DNA of 64,000 nucleotides, the filler included, from an uncultured Myxococcia bacterium (GTDB lineage Bacteria > CAZTWC01), in NCBI GenBank assembly GCA_964617105.1. It is 6 parts of 6 records of this genome, joined end to end, with 100 filler letters (N's around TTAATTAATTAA, not from the genome) between each part and the next. Parts side by side here need not be neighbours in the genome. Positions count along the whole stretch, not along the records: positions 24,087 to 35,277 come from CAZTWC010000103.1; positions 35,378 to 46,499 come from CAZTWC010000104.1; 4 more parts are not named here. The stretch is one strand, 5' to 3'. Positions 30,959 to 41,719 of this stretch are shown here, one piece after another (position 1 is the first letter of the stretch; each line of letters starts with the position of its first letter). The notes under the pieces are model-generated. The model was not told the origin of the DNA. It made no database searches and saw nothing but the letters and a program-made list of their open reading frames with translations. A program made the position numbers and the translations under genes.

Positions 30959-32797
30959 CTAAGCTGAAATTTGATGTTGATTTGGATGACCGCCCGTATT
31001 TCTTCCTTTATTAAGAAACTCCCGCTCAGTGCTTTCCAGCATTATTTTGCCGGCGGGAGAGAGATGGGGGGTAAATTCTACGACTATTTCACTTAACTCA
31101 TTACATATGCCGTTCAAATCAACCGACATTTTGTTTAGCCGGCGGCTGACATAGTCTCTGAACTTCAAGGTTATTAAAACCTTTCTCATACTGGTGCTAA
31201 TATCTTCGGCGCCTTCGATCATGGTTTCCAGCAAGTTGGACAGATTGTTGACTGAATCAACAATGCTGTGTTTGATTTTGGAGATCATTTCTTTGCCGGA
31301 TTCAATTTTATTTCTGTCCTGTAAAAGTTCATAATCTACCTGATGGTAAACCAGTTGACTCTCCTGGTCGATCAGGTCGGTAGTTTCAATGATCCGTTTA
31401 CTGGCCACAATCGATTTTTCAGAAAGTTGAATGGTCTGATCAGCAACCACTCCGAATTGAACACCGTATTGACCGGCCCGGGCCGCCTCTATCCTGGCAT
31501 TGAGAGCCAACAAATTGGCCTGCCTGGCAATTTTCTTAATAGTGCCGGCCAAATCTCTCACCGTGGCTATCTCCTGGATGATCCCTTTAATTTTCATGAT
31601 AGAAGCCAGATTTAACTTGGCGCTGATCTCCATTTGGCTGATAATCTCCACCAGGGAGTCGGCGCTGATTAGCAGTACCGATTTTTGAGGGATCGAATGG
31701 TGGGAGCCAAAAGAGGTTTCGAATTGGGTGCCGATAAAGTTGGTGATCACCTTTTTGGTATCGCCGATATGACTGTCAGATTGGTTGGCGATCAAGTTAA
31801 TGCCGCGAATAATTTTATCCACCGAATCTTCTATACGGCCAATAGCATTTCCCAAATAGGAGTTTACTTCTAATATGGCCGTATAAGTCCTCACCAGCAT
31901 GTTGCCAACTTCACTTTTGTTGATCTTTTGGGGGGAGGTAAGAACAGATTTCATTTCGAATTCCCGGCGGCAATAAAACAGTTTTTCCACCACTTTTTCA
32001 AGTTTTTGGCGAATAATGTCCTGAAATTGTAGGGATACCACCACCTGAGATATTTCGTGGTAAATATTTTCGCTATCACTCACCAGGCTGGCAATGGAAA
32101 GGGTAAGTTCGTTCATGGAGGAGGTTATGGTTGAGATAACCTCCTGGGCTACATCCTTGGAGTATTGAACTTTTTTGGAATCCTGCACCACGTTGGTATC
32201 TATCTCGATATATATCTCTTTGCAGTTGTCCTCTATTTTTTCGGCGATTTCCACGATCTCTTTTGATGCCTTGTCGGCGTGAACCGCCAGGTTGCCAACT
32301 TCGGCCGCCACGACTGAAAAACCACGGCCGTATTCACCTGCCTTGGCAGCAACCACCGAAGCATTAATAGCCAGGATATTGGTCCAGTCGGCGATATCTT
32401 CTATCTCTCCAGTGGCTTCCCGCACAAACCTGATATTATCAACGATAGTGTTCATTTGTTTGACGTTTGCCAGATTGAGTTGGGCATTTTTTTCCATTTT
32501 ATTGACCAAATCAAGCATAGATTTGGTGTTGTCCTCAATCGATTTTATGGAGGCATCGTTATGCTCATCCAGATCAAAATAGCGATCATCGCTACCCAGC
32601 ACATAATAATAGATTTTTTGCGCCCGGTTAGTATGCTTTTTGGCCATATTACTAATACGTTTGAGTTTATCGCCAATCTCCAGGACCGTCCTCTCGGTTT
32701 CTATGATTATCTCGTTGATAGTGATTTGGGAGGTATTGATCACTTTGTCGATATGTTCAATAACATTCAGTAATAAAATTGGATTTTTTGAATACAT
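30959..32797 (-). CDS. Soluble protein with two tandem methyl-accepting chemotaxis signalling domains
   Basis: Two hairpin tips (TNILAINASVVAAKAGEYGRGFSVVAAEV; ANLLALNARIEAARAGQYGVQFGVVADQT); no TM segment. Confidence 0.85.
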   Translation of the reverse strand: MYSKNPILLLNVIEHIDKVINTSQITINEIIIETERTVLEIGDKLKRISNMAKKHTNRAQKIYYYVLGSDDRYFDLDEHNDASIKSIEDNTKSMLDLVNKMEKNAQLNLANVKQMNTIVDNIRFVREATGEIEDIADWTNILAINASVVAAKAGEYGRGFSVVAAEVGNLAVHADKASKEIVEIAEKIEDNCKEIYIEIDTNVVQDSKKVQYSKDVAQEVISTITSSMNELTLSIASLVSDSENIYHEISQVVVSLQFQDIIRQKLEKVVEKLFYCRREFEMKSVLTSPQKINKSEVGNMLVRTYTAILEVNSYLGNAIGRIEDSVDKIIRGINLIANQSDSHIGDTKKVITNFIGTQFETSFGSHHSIPQKSVLLISADSLVEIISQMEISAKLNLASIMKIKGIIQEIATVRDLAGTIKKIARQANLLALNARIEAARAGQYGVQFGVVADQTIQLSEKSIVASKRIIETTDLIDQESQLVYHQVDYELLQDRNKIESGKEMISKIKHSIVDSVNNLSNLLETMIEGAEDISTSMRKVLITLKFRDYVSRRLNKMSVDLNGICNELSEIVVEFTPHLSPAGKIMLESTEREFLNKGRNTGGHPNQHQISA

Positions 32798-32808
32798 ATG
32801 GTCTACCG

Positions 32809-33672
32809 TTACAGGTTAAAAGTTAAAAGCACCTCATTGCCGGAACTATTAAAACCGATTTCATCACAGTAAAGATAATTGGCCATGCCATTCTTGTAAG
32901 GTATTACACCTTTGGCCACCCGGTTGTATTTTCCATCAGGTCCCTTGCCGGTTCCTATTTGGAGCATAATTTGGTTGTAATCGAAGCCAGACCCCATATC
33001 CTTCACCTTTATAGCTATTTTTTTAAAAGTAAAGGAAAACGCAAGACTGACTTTTTTGTTCGCATCCTCCAGGTTGCCATGAATAACAGCATTTTTAAGA
33101 GCCGCTTTCAGGGCGGAAGATATTTTCACCTCCATTCCCGGCAAATTGAACAGCAGCGGAGAGAGTTGCCGGGTTATCACCAAGTCTATCGCTCTGGCTA
33201 CATCTTCCATGTTGGAATCGATTTCAAAAGAGTCATTGATATATAAATACCGGTTTAATCCAATGGTACGATTTTTATTTTCAAGCCAGTCGATGTTCTT
33301 ATTTATGGCCTCCAGAATTTTTTTATCCCCATCGGGACCTTCTGGTTTATAAATATATTGAAATACTTCAAATTTGCATAGTTGGTTGAAATTACTCTGT
33401 TGGTCAAAATTATATAACACTACTATGGGCAAAATATTGAAGTAGCGTGTAAATATTATTACTTTGTTGCCAAAATCCGCCTCACTGGTTTTTTGGTAAT
33501 CCCAACAAAAAATAACCACCTGAGGCTGCACTTTCAGGCTGGTAACCATATTGTTAAAGTCGTTGCTCACCAGGTAATACATCATTTGCCAGTTTGCCGG
33601 CAAAGATTTGTTTTTAGTCACTGTTGCCAGCCGATTATCGGGGGCAAAGATAATAATATTTTTTTTATTCAC
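32809..33672 (-). CDS. Degenerate receiver domain plus RsbW-like HATPase
   Basis: NAVIHGN and VKDMGSGFD motifs; the N-terminal REC-like region lacks the canonical acidic residues. Confidence 0.65.
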   Translation of the reverse strand: MNKKNIIIFAPDNRLATVTKNKSLPANWQMMYYLVSNDFNNMVTSLKVQPQVVIFCWDYQKTSEADFGNKVIIFTRYFNILPIVVLYNFDQQSNFNQLCKFEVFQYIYKPEGPDGDKKILEAINKNIDWLENKNRTIGLNRYLYINDSFEIDSNMEDVARAIDLVITRQLSPLLFNLPGMEVKISSALKAALKNAVIHGNLEDANKKVSLAFSFTFKKIAIKVKDMGSGFDYNQIMLQIGTGKGPDGKYNRVAKGVIPYKNGMANYLYCDEIGFNSSGNEVLLTFNL

Positions 33673-33735
33673 ATCTGTATTTCTGAAAATATAACATATT
33701 AATAGAATGTGTCAATCTTTTAACCTTTGGTAACC

Positions 33736-34320
33736 TCAAGAGCGAACTTTGATGAGTCGCGTCAAGGCCATAACCGAAAAATCCTCGGTTGGTTTTATCC
33801 TGGTTGAAGAGGTGTCCACAATATCCCGTTCCCATTGTAACTGCATCATGCGTTTGAAGTCAATGGCTTTGGCTCCCACTTCGTACATGGTACCCCCTTT
33901 GTCCCGAAAGGTTGAGTTTCTCATTATCTCAGTTAGAACAAATTTTGGTGACTGCCCAGCCAAATTGAGAGAAACGATTATAACCTCATTGATTTTTAAT
34001 GGCAAATCACTGCTGAATCGCATACCAAATGAAGAGATATCTTTTATACTTATTCGTCCCTGGAAACGGTATTTTATGTATGGAGCATCTCCGGTAGGCT
34101 TGAATATGGCTCCTCTCAAATCCACTGGAGTCCGTTTCTCTATCCGGCCGTTGGTCCAGGGCTCGTCACCTTCGGGAAGTATTTTGATATTATTACTGAT
34201 ACTTCGCTTGATTTGTAATTTTTCCCGTTTTTCTACGATGGTGCGAGTTATATACTCCGAAAGTTCGATCATCTGAGGAATAGTCAGTTTGTTCAATTGT
34301 GCTTTTATCTCTTCCGACAT
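33736..34320 (-). CDS. PilZ-domain protein
   Basis: RIEKR...DISSFG motifs. Confidence 0.75.
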   Translation of the reverse strand: MSEEIKAQLNKLTIPQMIELSEYITRTIVEKREKLQIKRSISNNIKILPEGDEPWTNGRIEKRTPVDLRGAIFKPTGDAPYIKYRFQGRISIKDISSFGMRFSSDLPLKINEVIIVSLNLAGQSPKFVLTEIMRNSTFRDKGGTMYEVGAKAIDFKRMMQLQWERDIVDTSSTRIKPTEDFSVMALTRLIKVRS

Positions 34321-34411
34321 CGGATTACCTCATAACTCACAAAGCGGTATAAATATTTTATAAAAAGTTATTAACTGGTTGAACCAATTCGGCGCTCCAA
34401 ATTTCCTCGAA

Positions 34412-35277
34412 TTAAAACCAACGGCGTTTATGTTGAACGTACATTGTAACAAAATTCTGGTTTGATGTCATTAGGTAGATGATACCTTCGATCAATCCCA
34501 ATACCACAGCCAGAGCAAAGAAAAGGCCAAAAATAGCCAGGTTAACATTATATATGATTCCTATCAACCATAGTCCTATGGAAATTATGGAGCAAAAAAT
34601 AAGAATTAGCCCTTCTGTTTTCAAGCCCAGGTAAAATTTGTGGATTCCAAAAGAGCCCAGGAAAATAGCCAGCAAAGCGGATAAAATTCTTTTATCATTT
34701 TGTAATGTTACTTGTTGTTCATTTTGATTATTTATCTCCACTCCCATGGATTTAAGGATATTCTGAGCCTTTTCCCGCACACTTAAACTCATGTCGTGCA
34801 TAGCCATTCGCAAAGGACCAATCACCCGTTTATCATCTATCTTGCCCAGGGCTTCCACAGCACATATCCGCACCGCAACTATGGGATCATCAAGGGATTT
34901 TATTAAAAACCGGATAGACTGCAGGTTGCCTAAAAGTCCCAGGGCAATGACAACATTGATGCGCACCTGGGAGTCGGAATCTTCCAGCGTTTCTATCAGA
35001 GCCGTAACCGCCCGTTGGTCGCGTAATTTGCCCAGCAATAAGGCCGCCTGTTTTCTGATTTCGCTGTTGTCATCATACAGCAGTTCAATCAAAGGCTCCA
35101 CTGCTCTGATATCTCTTAGGCGGTCGATCTGTTCTAACGCTTTGGTTTTAACTAACAGATTAGGGGAAGCCAGGGCATCAATATAGGTATCTGCCAGGGA
35201 TTGGTCATCGAATTTGTCCAGAGCATCGGTGGCTAAATCCCTGACCAATGGTTTGTCATCGCCCAGTGCCTTGGTCA
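34412..35277 (-). CDS. HEAT (PBS lyase-like) repeat protein with C-terminal TM2 domain (5' truncated)
   Basis: Repeated AV..LI..L.D....VR..A..ALG units; LLAIFLGSFGIHKFYLG TM2 motif. Confidence 0.85.
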
Positions 35278-35377
35278 NNNNNNNNNNNNNNNNNNNNNNN
35301 NNNNNNNNNNNNNNNNNNNNNTTAATTAATTAANNNNNNNNNNNNNNNNNNNNNNNNNNNNNNNNNNNNNNNNNNNN
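35278..35377. other. Artificial contig linker
   Basis: N block with TTAATTAATTAA. Confidence 0.98.
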
Positions 35378-35780
35378 CTTTGTCGGTTGAACAAAAGACC
35401 ACTTTTTTAACATTATTTCTCTGGGCAGCCATAATTATATTCTGGGTGCCAATAATATTGGTTTTTACTGCTTCAAAAGGGTTATACTCGCAACTTTTCA
35501 CATGCTTTAGACCAGCGCAGTGGAGAACAAACTGTACCCCTTCTGATGCCAATTTTACCCGCTGGTATTCGCGGATATCGCCGATCAAATAGCGCATTTT
35601 GTTACTGGGCCCGATCTCCTCCTCCAGAATCACCTGTTTGGTTTCATCGCGGCTAAATACTCTGACCGTATCAGCACCTGCCAGCAGGCAGTGTTTAACC
35701 AAATGCCTCCCCACCGAACCGGTGGCACCGATTATCAGAACTTTTTTTCCCTTCAGGTTGGTATCAATTTTTTTCTTCAT
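35378..35780 (-). CDS. Polysaccharide biosynthesis NDP-sugar dehydratase/epimerase (PseB/CapD-like, 3' truncated)
   Basis: GATGSVG, FSRDETKQ, GDIR, AGLKHV..CEYNPFEAVKTN and STDK motifs. Confidence 0.9.
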
Positions 35781-36007
35781 TAGTTATCTCTGGATGGGCT
35801 ATGATTGTCGCTTATTTTTAGCATTACTACTTTTATTTCATCAGAAATATCGATTTTATTTTAGATTTAGAATATATCATATTTCAACTGTTATTCACAG
35901 GAAAAATTATATATATTGTTTCTCTAAAACAATTTGATAATTGCTCATTTTAGGTCATAATCTTGCTACAATTTAATAATCCTGGTAATATTTAATTTTA
36001 CGGACTG

Positions 36008-38626
36008 TTGTCAACGGAATTTATTCTCCCAGGGAGATATGGTCAAACAATTTTTGAGGTTAAAATTATTGTGTCAAATATAATATTTGGACTGAAATTA
36101 AATTATATCCTTATATTGTTCTGGTTAACTCTGTTTATAAATCCGGCTATCTCTATCGCCGAGGAAAAGAGGGGGGATAGTTTGAGTCAAATCACTAACA
36201 ATAATGGTTTGACAGAAAATAAACCAGAAGAAGATATTGATAATCTCTTGGAAATCCACGGACTTAAAGACCGCCAACATCTACAAGAGATCTTAAAACA
36301 TTTTAGCCTGATGCCCTGGCTGAATAATTGCCGGGCAATAATCCAAACCGGAACCATGGCAACTTTGCGATGCTCAGGTTATATACCTCCGGCTGAAAAA
36401 CTTCAAACTTTTCTCAGATCCAAACACTCTTTGGGCATTGAATTTATCTCTATGAACCAGGGGATTGTAAAATTAAAATACAGCCCCTATCAAGTTTTCA
36501 AACTTAACGTTGCTATTGGAAAATTTGACAATCTTACCGGCGTAGACAAACTGGACTGGCTGGAAAAAAGTGCGGGTGATTTGGTTGGTATCCTGGTAGA
36601 CAACAACCCTTTTATCAATGTCACCAGGTTTAAAAAACGTCTTGAGTATCATCCCGAATCCAGCGATTTTAAGGCCGGACTGAATAATTTGCGTCAAAAA
36701 TATTCAGTATTTTATTATTTGAAGGGAGATATTATCTCTTTAGGGATTAGAGGAGAAGTAAGAATCTCGGTGTATGACACCAGAAACAGTAAGCAAATAT
36801 ATTTTTGGAAAAAGCAAGGGGAATTTGACCAGATACCTGCTATTCTCCAAACTATGGGAGAACAAATTGCTGAACAACTCAATTTAAAAATAGTTCCTAT
36901 TAAAAAAAATGAACCACATAATACCAGCGGATTAACCGGATTGGTGGCTAAATATATTTCCGACAAAAAACGATCTCCCCTTTGGTTGGAAAAATTTAAA
37001 TTAACTTCTCTATACCCGGTTAAATGGTCTTATTACAACCGATACCCACCTATTATTTTGCAGATGAAAAATCGGGGTAAAAAGTCGGTAAAAAATTTAC
37101 AGTTTATCGTCAGGATTCCTGGTATAACCGATACATTTTATCTTCGGCGCCAGCAACTGCTTTCCAAGAAAACCCTGGAGATACCACTGGATTTTAGGTT
37201 TATCCAGGCATCAATGGCTAAGGTAGAAAAAAATATGGTTCTACCTTGCATTATTAGTTATAGTTTTGAATATCAAGAGGAAATCCATCTTCATAAAATC
37301 AAATATCCATTGATAATTCACAGTCGAAACCAGGTAGACCTGGAAGATGTTCATGTTTTATCCTCTTTTATCAACCCCTTTGAACCGGCATTAAAGAATC
37401 TGGTGCAACAGTTAAAAAAAATTCCTCTGCCATCAAACAATACTGAAACTTTACGTAAATCCCAACTGCTACCCATGGTAATAGTTAATTATCTGTTATC
37501 GCTGGGATTTCAGTGGAGTAGTGGTGGATTCCGCGGCATTGATCAGAGGGAACTGGTAAAGGTAAGATTCCCCTTCCAGACCTTAAAATCTATGACTGCT
37601 AACAATACCGATCTTACCGTGTTAACCGCCTCGTTGCTGGAGGCAGCTGGGATTAAATGTAAATTACTGTTATCCCGACGACACTTACTGTTACTTTTAA
37701 ACAGTGGTTCTACTGAATTTAATTCTCACCAGGTCTCTTTTGATCGAAACCATTTTATTCATATGGATAAAATAATATGGATTCCCCTGGAGTTATCCAG
37801 CAGTGCCTCCTCTTTTTGGGACTGTTGGATGCGAGGAGCCAGAATTGCCGCTGCCAGTAACCTGGAAGAGATGGAAGAGGTTAACGTTGAGGAGGGGTGG
37901 GAAACCTATGCGCCCCTGACTATCGATGCTCCTATCTATAGTATCCCAAATATAAATCAGGAAAAATACTTAGCCACAATTGCCGATAACATCCGGCGAT
38001 GGAATCAATTGAAGAGTCAAACCCTGGAAACCCGTTTGAACTTTTTACGCAGTCATATCCGGCTCAATCGCCGGAATATAAACATGCAAAATGAGATGGG
38101 AATGCTTCTGGCTAAAGGACTTCGACTAAACCAGGCTCTATCTACCCTTTCAGCAATAGTGGAAAGATATCCTAATCAAAGTTATGCTTTGAATAATCTT
38201 GGCAATATCTATCTGCTGTTGGGTTCAGGAAGAATTGCCGTCGATTTTTATAATCGCGCCTTAGACAACCGGAGTGTTAACCCGGCAAAAATATACTATA
38301 ACCTGGCTTTAGCTCTCTATTTAATGGATGACAGGATCAGTGCCATCAGCACTATTAAAAAGGCTTTAGCCGCTGGAATCGGTAATTGGCTAATGGCCAT
38401 GGAAGCGCAAATTGAGTGGGATAACATCTTTTCTCCAACTGATATTGAACTTCAGGAAGGTATTAAAATGCGCAATAATTACTTCGCCCTTATTCACGAC
38501 ACCTGGAACCAGGGTGAATTGGCCGATGAATATCGCCATCAAAAAAGAGATGGAAAAATGAAGGAGATGCAACTGGTTTCAAGTCGAGAACAGAATTTTT
38601 TGGCCCAGATGCTCCTTTGGTTTTAA
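36008..38626 (+). CDS. Exported protein with Ig-like, inactive transglutaminase-like and TPR regions (start uncertain)
   Basis: Aligns by eye with 57778..59779; TPR NNLGNIY...YYNLALAL at the C-terminus. Confidence 0.6.
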   Translation: MSTEFILPGRYGQTIFEVKIIVSNIIFGLKLNYILILFWLTLFINPAISIAEEKRGDSLSQITNNNGLTENKPEEDIDNLLEIHGLKDRQHLQEILKHFSLMPWLNNCRAIIQTGTMATLRCSGYIPPAEKLQTFLRSKHSLGIEFISMNQGIVKLKYSPYQVFKLNVAIGKFDNLTGVDKLDWLEKSAGDLVGILVDNNPFINVTRFKKRLEYHPESSDFKAGLNNLRQKYSVFYYLKGDIISLGIRGEVRISVYDTRNSKQIYFWKKQGEFDQIPAILQTMGEQIAEQLNLKIVPIKKNEPHNTSGLTGLVAKYISDKKRSPLWLEKFKLTSLYPVKWSYYNRYPPIILQMKNRGKKSVKNLQFIVRIPGITDTFYLRRQQLLSKKTLEIPLDFRFIQASMAKVEKNMVLPCIISYSFEYQEEIHLHKIKYPLIIHSRNQVDLEDVHVLSSFINPFEPALKNLVQQLKKIPLPSNNTETLRKSQLLPMVIVNYLLSLGFQWSSGGFRGIDQRELVKVRFPFQTLKSMTANNTDLTVLTASLLEAAGIKCKLLLSRRHLLLLLNSGSTEFNSHQVSFDRNHFIHMDKIIWIPLELSSSASSFWDCWMRGARIAAASNLEEMEEVNVEEGWETYAPLTIDAPIYSIPNINQEKYLATIADNIRRWNQLKSQTLETRLNFLRSHIRLNRRNINMQNEMGMLLAKGLRLNQALSTLSAIVERYPNQSYALNNLGNIYLLLGSGRIAVDFYNRALDNRSVNPAKIYYNLALALYLMDDRISAISTIKKALAAGIGNWLMAMEAQIEWDNIFSPTDIELQEGIKMRNNYFALIHDTWNQGELADEYRHQKRDGKMKEMQLVSSREQNFLAQMLLWF

Positions 38627-38636
38627 TTACAACGCT

Positions 38637-40561
38637 ATGATACTTGTTTCTTTAGATAAAGTCGGGATCTCCCTGGATGGAAAAACTATAGTCAATGATA
38701 TATCTCTGACTATTAAAACTGGCGAAAAAATAGGTCTTATAGGCAATAACGGTTGCGGAAAGACTACTATCCTGCAGTTAATAAACGGTTCCCTGAGTCC
38801 GGAATACGGTAAAGTTCATAAAAAAAAAGAGTTGAAAATATCCTATCTATCCCAGCGCCCAAAATAATTGATGCTGCCATGGCAAGTTTTAGCGATTTGC
38901 AGGAGATGGAAAACACCATCATTCAAATGGAAAATGACAGCCAACTATATTCGGATCAGGAATTGTTGGCAAGATATGGACAGTTACAACATGCTTACGA
39001 AATGAAAGGAGGCTATACCTGGAGGGGGGAAGTTCATAAATTACTAGCCGATTTTGGTTTTGGCGGAGAAAAGATGCACCATCGGGTTGAAAATCTTTCG
39101 GGCGGAGAAAAAAACCGGTTGATGCTGGTTATAACTCTTTTGCGCCAATCCGACCTATTACTTCTGGATGAGCCTACCAATCACCTGGATATTATCACCT
39201 GCGAAAAACTTGAAGAAACTCTCTCTCATTATCGAGGTTCAGTGCTAATAGTATCTCATGACCGCTATTTTTTGGATCGTTGTGTAGATAAAATATTTTA
39301 CCAGGCGGCCGGGAAACTGCAAACCTATTATGGAAATTACTCTCATTATCTACAGGAATGCCAAAAGAGAACCGATCAAACCGAAAAAACTATCCGGATG
39401 CAGCAAGAGGAGATACAGCGAACCGAAGACTATATTCAGCGCAATATTTACGGCCAGAAAACCAAACAGGCCAAGAGCAGAAGGAAAAAATTAGAGAAGA
39501 TAAAAGCCAATATTATAGAGCGTCCTCAGGAAGACCAGCGCCTGACCCAGATAAATATTCTTAAAACTGGGCGGGGGGACCACCTGGTATTGGAGGCCCG
39601 GGATATAGCCAAAGCCTTTGAAGATAATAATCTGTTTAATCCTAGTAGTTTTACCATCTACCGGGGAGAAAAAATCGGTTTAATGGGACCTAACGGCTCG
39701 GGAAAGACTTCGCTACTCCGTTGCCTGCTAGGAGAGATTACGCCGGACCAGGGTGAGATACAACGCGGCAATAGAACTTCATGGGCCTATTATGACCAGA
39801 ATATGTCAATTATTGATCCGTCCAAGCGGGCTATTGATGAGATTTGGGACCTTGATCAAACCATATCCGAACTTGAAGTGCGCAACTATATGGCCGGATT
39901 TCTGTTTCGGGAAGAGGATGTTTTTAAATCGGTAAAGGATTTTTCCGGTGGTGAGCAAGCCCGGTTGGCTTTGGCAAAACTCTTTTACCACCCGTGTCAT
40001 TTTTTGGTGCTGGACGAACCTACCAATCACCTGGATATCCAGTCCAGAGAGGTTTTAGAAGATGCGCTGCAAAAATACAATGGAGCAGTGCTGGTGGTAA
40101 GCCATGACCGCTACTTTTTGGACCGGGTGATAAACCGTATTCTCTATCTGGACCAGGGATGTTTGGATGAATATTTGGGCAACTATACATATTTCAAAGA
40201 GAAACAGGAGCAAATCAGAAAAAAAACGCCTGAAGGATTATTAGTTAATCCCCAAGAAGAGGCTACTCACTCAGACCATGCTTACCTTGATGGAGAAAAG
40301 GAGAAAAAGGGAAAGAGTTCTCACCATAAAGGTAAGCAAAAACGTAGTTTGCGAAAAAGACTGGAGAAATTGAAACAAGAAACCATAGTCCAGGAAGAGG
40401 AGTTGGAGGAAGTTAGTCAAAAGATGTCCCAACCGGAAAGTCAACAGGACTGGCAACTTTTACATCAACTTCAAGAGAGAAAGGATGAGTTGGAAGAGAT
40501 GATTCTTTCCGGAATTGAAGAGTCAGAACAAATTGAAGAGCAATTGGAAGAGATGGAATAA
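38637..40561 (+). pseudogene. ABC-F family ATPase, frameshifted near 38860
   Basis: Walker A GNNGCGKT is in 38637..38867; the remainder (LSGGE, LLLDEPTNHLD, second GPNGSGKT, FSGGE) is in the -1 frame. Confidence 0.8.
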
Positions 40562-40596
40562 TTGACTTTTGATTAGTAAGTGATAATCTTGTTTAT

Positions 40597-41709
40597 ATGT
40601 CGTTAAAGATTGAACATTTAAAAGAAAATCAGCGGACGGTGTTGAAATTAATCGGCACGGTAAATAGTGAATCTGCACCAAAATTATTTGAAGATTTTAG
40701 CCATATTTTAAAACAGAAAGAGCCGCTGGAAGTTGACCTTTCAGAAGTTGAATATATCGACTCCACCGGTGTTGCCACTTTTGCCGAAATTTGGAACAGT
40801 TTTCGTGATCAGGGATTGCGTTTCAGCATTTTCGGCTTATCAGACAAGTTGAAGGCCGCCTTCAGCATGTTCCAGGTTGACCCTGAACAACTGAGAACTC
40901 TACCTTCGCCCCCCACCGGATTTTTGGAAAATTTGGGACAACAAACTATTGATTCCTTCCAGGAGTTCTACCAGTTGCTGATATTGATGGCCGAAACTTT
41001 TTTTGAAGCGGTGATTGCCCCTTTCAAAGGTCGTAAGATTCGCTGGTCTTCGGTGGTTGAACAGTCAATAGTCATTGGATCTGAGGCGCTGCCGATTGTG
41101 GGTCTGATCTCCCTGCTAGTAGGCCTTACCATGGCTCTGATGAGCGCCTACCAACTAAAACAATTCGGTGCCAATATATTTATTGCCAACCTGGTAGGAG
41201 TTTCCATGACCAGGGAACTTGGCCCCTTGATGACCGCCATTATCGTGGCTGGCCGGAGCGGCTCCTCTATTGCCGCAGAAATATCCACCATGACCGTAAC
41301 TGAAGAGGTTGATGCCCTAAAAACTATGGGGATCCGTCCCCTTAGTTATTTGGTTATCCCCAAAGTTTATGCCATAACTATAGCCCAGCCCTTATTAACT
41401 GTGCTGGCCGATTTTTTAGGTATTTTGGGCGGGTTTTTAGTTGCGATAATATATCTGGACCTGTCGGCTGTGGCCTTTATTCAACAGTTGCTCCAGTCTA
41501 TGGTGTTAAAAGATATTTGGACCGGTTTGGTAAAGAGCGTTGTTTTTGCCTGGATGATTGTGGTAGTCGCATGTTACAAGGGATTTATCGTCAAAGGTGG
41601 AGCCGAGGGAGTTGGCAGGGTAACTACCAGTTCGGTGGTTACTTCTATTTTTTTGGTAATAGTGGCCGATTGTTTTTTTAGTGTACTGTTTTATTTTTTA
41701 ATGGAATAG
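40597..41709 (+). CDS. mlaE: STAS-fused MlaE family ABC permease
   Basis: N-terminal DLSEVEYIDSTG STAS; RELGPLMTAIIVAGRSGSSIAAEI and EEVDALKTMG motifs. Confidence 0.9.
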   Translation: MSLKIEHLKENQRTVLKLIGTVNSESAPKLFEDFSHILKQKEPLEVDLSEVEYIDSTGVATFAEIWNSFRDQGLRFSIFGLSDKLKAAFSMFQVDPEQLRTLPSPPTGFLENLGQQTIDSFQEFYQLLILMAETFFEAVIAPFKGRKIRWSSVVEQSIVIGSEALPIVGLISLLVGLTMALMSAYQLKQFGANIFIANLVGVSMTRELGPLMTAIIVAGRSGSSIAAEISTMTVTEEVDALKTMGIRPLSYLVIPKVYAITIAQPLLTVLADFLGILGGFLVAIIYLDLSAVAFIQQLLQSMVLKDIWTGLVKSVVFAWMIVVVACYKGFIVKGGAEGVGRVTTSSVVTSIFLVIVADCFFSVLFYFLME

Positions 41710-41719
41710 ATGGAATAGA

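Noticed and set aside
38820-38828. A9 homopolymer as the cause of the ABC-F frameshift
   Set aside because: The frame after it still reads a sensible LKISYLSQ Q-loop; the break is about 35 nt further on.
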